Source: a virus
Lineage: Duplodnaviria; Heunggongvirae; Uroviricota; Caudoviricetes
Virus record (IMG/VR): IMGVR_UViG_2548876946_000015
Span: 1-17,929 of that record
Length of the DNA stretch: 17,929 nt
Reading direction: 5' to 3' (one strand)
The notes below the pieces were generated by a model. That model saw only the letters and a list, made by a program, of their open reading frames with translations. It searched no databases and was not told the origin of the DNA. Position 1 is the stretch's first letter, and each line of letters begins with the position of its first letter. Positions 16,772 through 17,929 of this stretch are shown in pieces. A program made the position numbers and the translations under genes.

Positions 16772-17929
16772 TCACTTCACCTTTTCATCAAGCCAATCCG
16801 CCCACCACTGCATCATTTCTCTGCGCTTATCGAGATACTGAGCGTGGTTGTAAATCCCGCGCACAGATCCGCCGTTGGCATGTGCCAGTTGCACTTCAAT
16901 AGCGTCAGCAGGCCATTCGTGCTCGTTCATAATCGTGCTGAATTCATGCCTGAATCCGTGACCGCTTTCCAGACCTTCATAGCCGATTTGTTTGATCACA
17001 AGCAGTACAGCGTTCTCGCAAATTGGCTTCTTCTTATCGTTGCGCCCGGCAAAAACAAACTCTGACACTGGTTTAGTGATTGAGCTTAGCGTAGTGAGAA
17101 GTTCAATCACCTGGTCTGACATAGGAACCACATGAATTTTGCGTCCCTTCATCACACTGGCGTCGATGGTGATAATCCTGTTTTCAAAATCGACGTTCTT
17201 CCATAGCATGGAACGAAGCTCTTTCGTTCTTAGGGCTGTGTAGCGTAAAACTTTGGTCGCAATGAGCGATACGATACTTCCTGAAAATGTTGCCAGTGCT
17301 TTGTTGAATGCCGGGATCTGGTCTGCAGGAAGAAACGGGAAGTTCTTCTTGCGGTATCCCTTCATGGCGTCAGCAAGGTCAGGTGCCGGGTTATATTTAG
17401 CCCTACCAGTGACAATAGCGTAACGGAAAACCTCGCCGCATCTTCTGCGGGCTTTATTTGCTCGCTCCATTGCACCGCGATCTTCAAATCTGCGGATTAC
17501 TTCCAGTAGTTGCATCGGCTCAATATCCTGAATTTCAAGACCGCCGATGATGGGTAAAATGTCGTCATCAAACATTTTTGCAAGTTCATTTGCATAGCCT
17601 ACTGACCAGACTTGCTTCTTGTGCTCGTACCATTCCTTGTAAATGGCGCTAAAGGAATTGTTGTTAGACGAAGCCTTTTTCGCCTTTACCGGATCGATGC
17701 CAACCGAGATGTCTTTCCTCGCAGTCCATGCCTTATCCCTTGCTTCCTGCAAAGTCATAAGCGGATATTTTCCGATGGTCAGGATTTTCTCCTTACCGTC
17801 AATCTTGTAGCGAAGCTGCCATACCTTTTTCCCTGATACAGGGACATAAAGGTACAGGCCATTACCATCGAGAAGGCGGTATGGTTTTTCTTTCGGCTTT
17901 GCTGCTTCAATCTGCTTAACGGTGAGCAT
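16772..17929 (-). CDS. int: Tyrosine recombinase / phage integrase, 385 aa
   Basis: ATG is the last three bases of the window. N-terminus MLTVKQIEAAKPKEKPYRLLDGNGLYLYV is typical of the P4-type integrase arm-binding domain. C-terminal catalytic signature HGFRHEF ... RGIYNHAQY (HxxR and Tyr). Confidence 0.85.
   Translation of the reverse strand: MLTVKQIEAAKPKEKPYRLLDGNGLYLYVPVSGKKVWQLRYKIDGKEKILTIGKYPLMTLQEARDKAWTARKDISVGIDPVKAKKASSNNNSFSAIYKEWYEHKKQVWSVGYANELAKMFDDDILPIIGGLEIQDIEPMQLLEVIRRFEDRGAMERANKARRRCGEVFRYAIVTGRAKYNPAPDLADAMKGYRKKNFPFLPADQIPAFNKALATFSGSIVSLIATKVLRYTALRTKELRSMLWKNVDFENRIITIDASVMKGRKIHVVPMSDQVIELLTTLSSITKPVSEFVFAGRNDKKKPICENAVLLVIKQIGYEGLESGHGFRHEFSTIMNEHEWPADAIEVQLAHANGGSVRGIYNHAQYLDKRREMMQWWADWLDEKVK

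Noticed and set aside
1-17929. CRISPR arrays, IS elements or transposases
   Set aside because: No regularly spaced direct repeats with unique spacers and no transposase-like ORF or terminal inverted repeats were seen; the only repeats are short regulatory-type motifs.

Overview
This window reads as the late/right arm of a temperate P22/Sf6-like podovirus genome, in phage (non-integrated) gene order, with three accessory loci that deserve follow-up. All calls come from reading the sequence and the ORF track by eye; similarity to P22/Sf6 proteins is from memory, not a database search. From 1 to 9635 the + strand carries a tightly packed, often stop/start-overlapping virion module whose order and protein lengths match the P22 late operon: portal 3' end, scaffold, coat, gp4/gp10/gp26 tail-completion proteins, and gp14/gp7/gp20/gp16 ejection proteins. 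From 9657 to 11424, at the position where P22 carries sieA and immI, there is a divergent two-gene module: an AT-rich 4-helix membrane protein and a 322-aa protein of unknown function, separated by paired operator-like inverted repeats. The tailspike (11700..13940) keeps the conserved P22-type N-terminal head-binding domain but carries an SGNH/GDSL esterase-type domain. Downstream, on the - strand, lies an AT-rich surface-polysaccharide modification-like cluster: a membrane-anchored SGNH hydrolase, a remnant of an acyltransferase-3 (AT3) gene, and an intact AT3 acyltransferase. A tyrosine integrase gene begins at the window edge. No tRNA, rRNA, CRISPR array or transposase was recognised.
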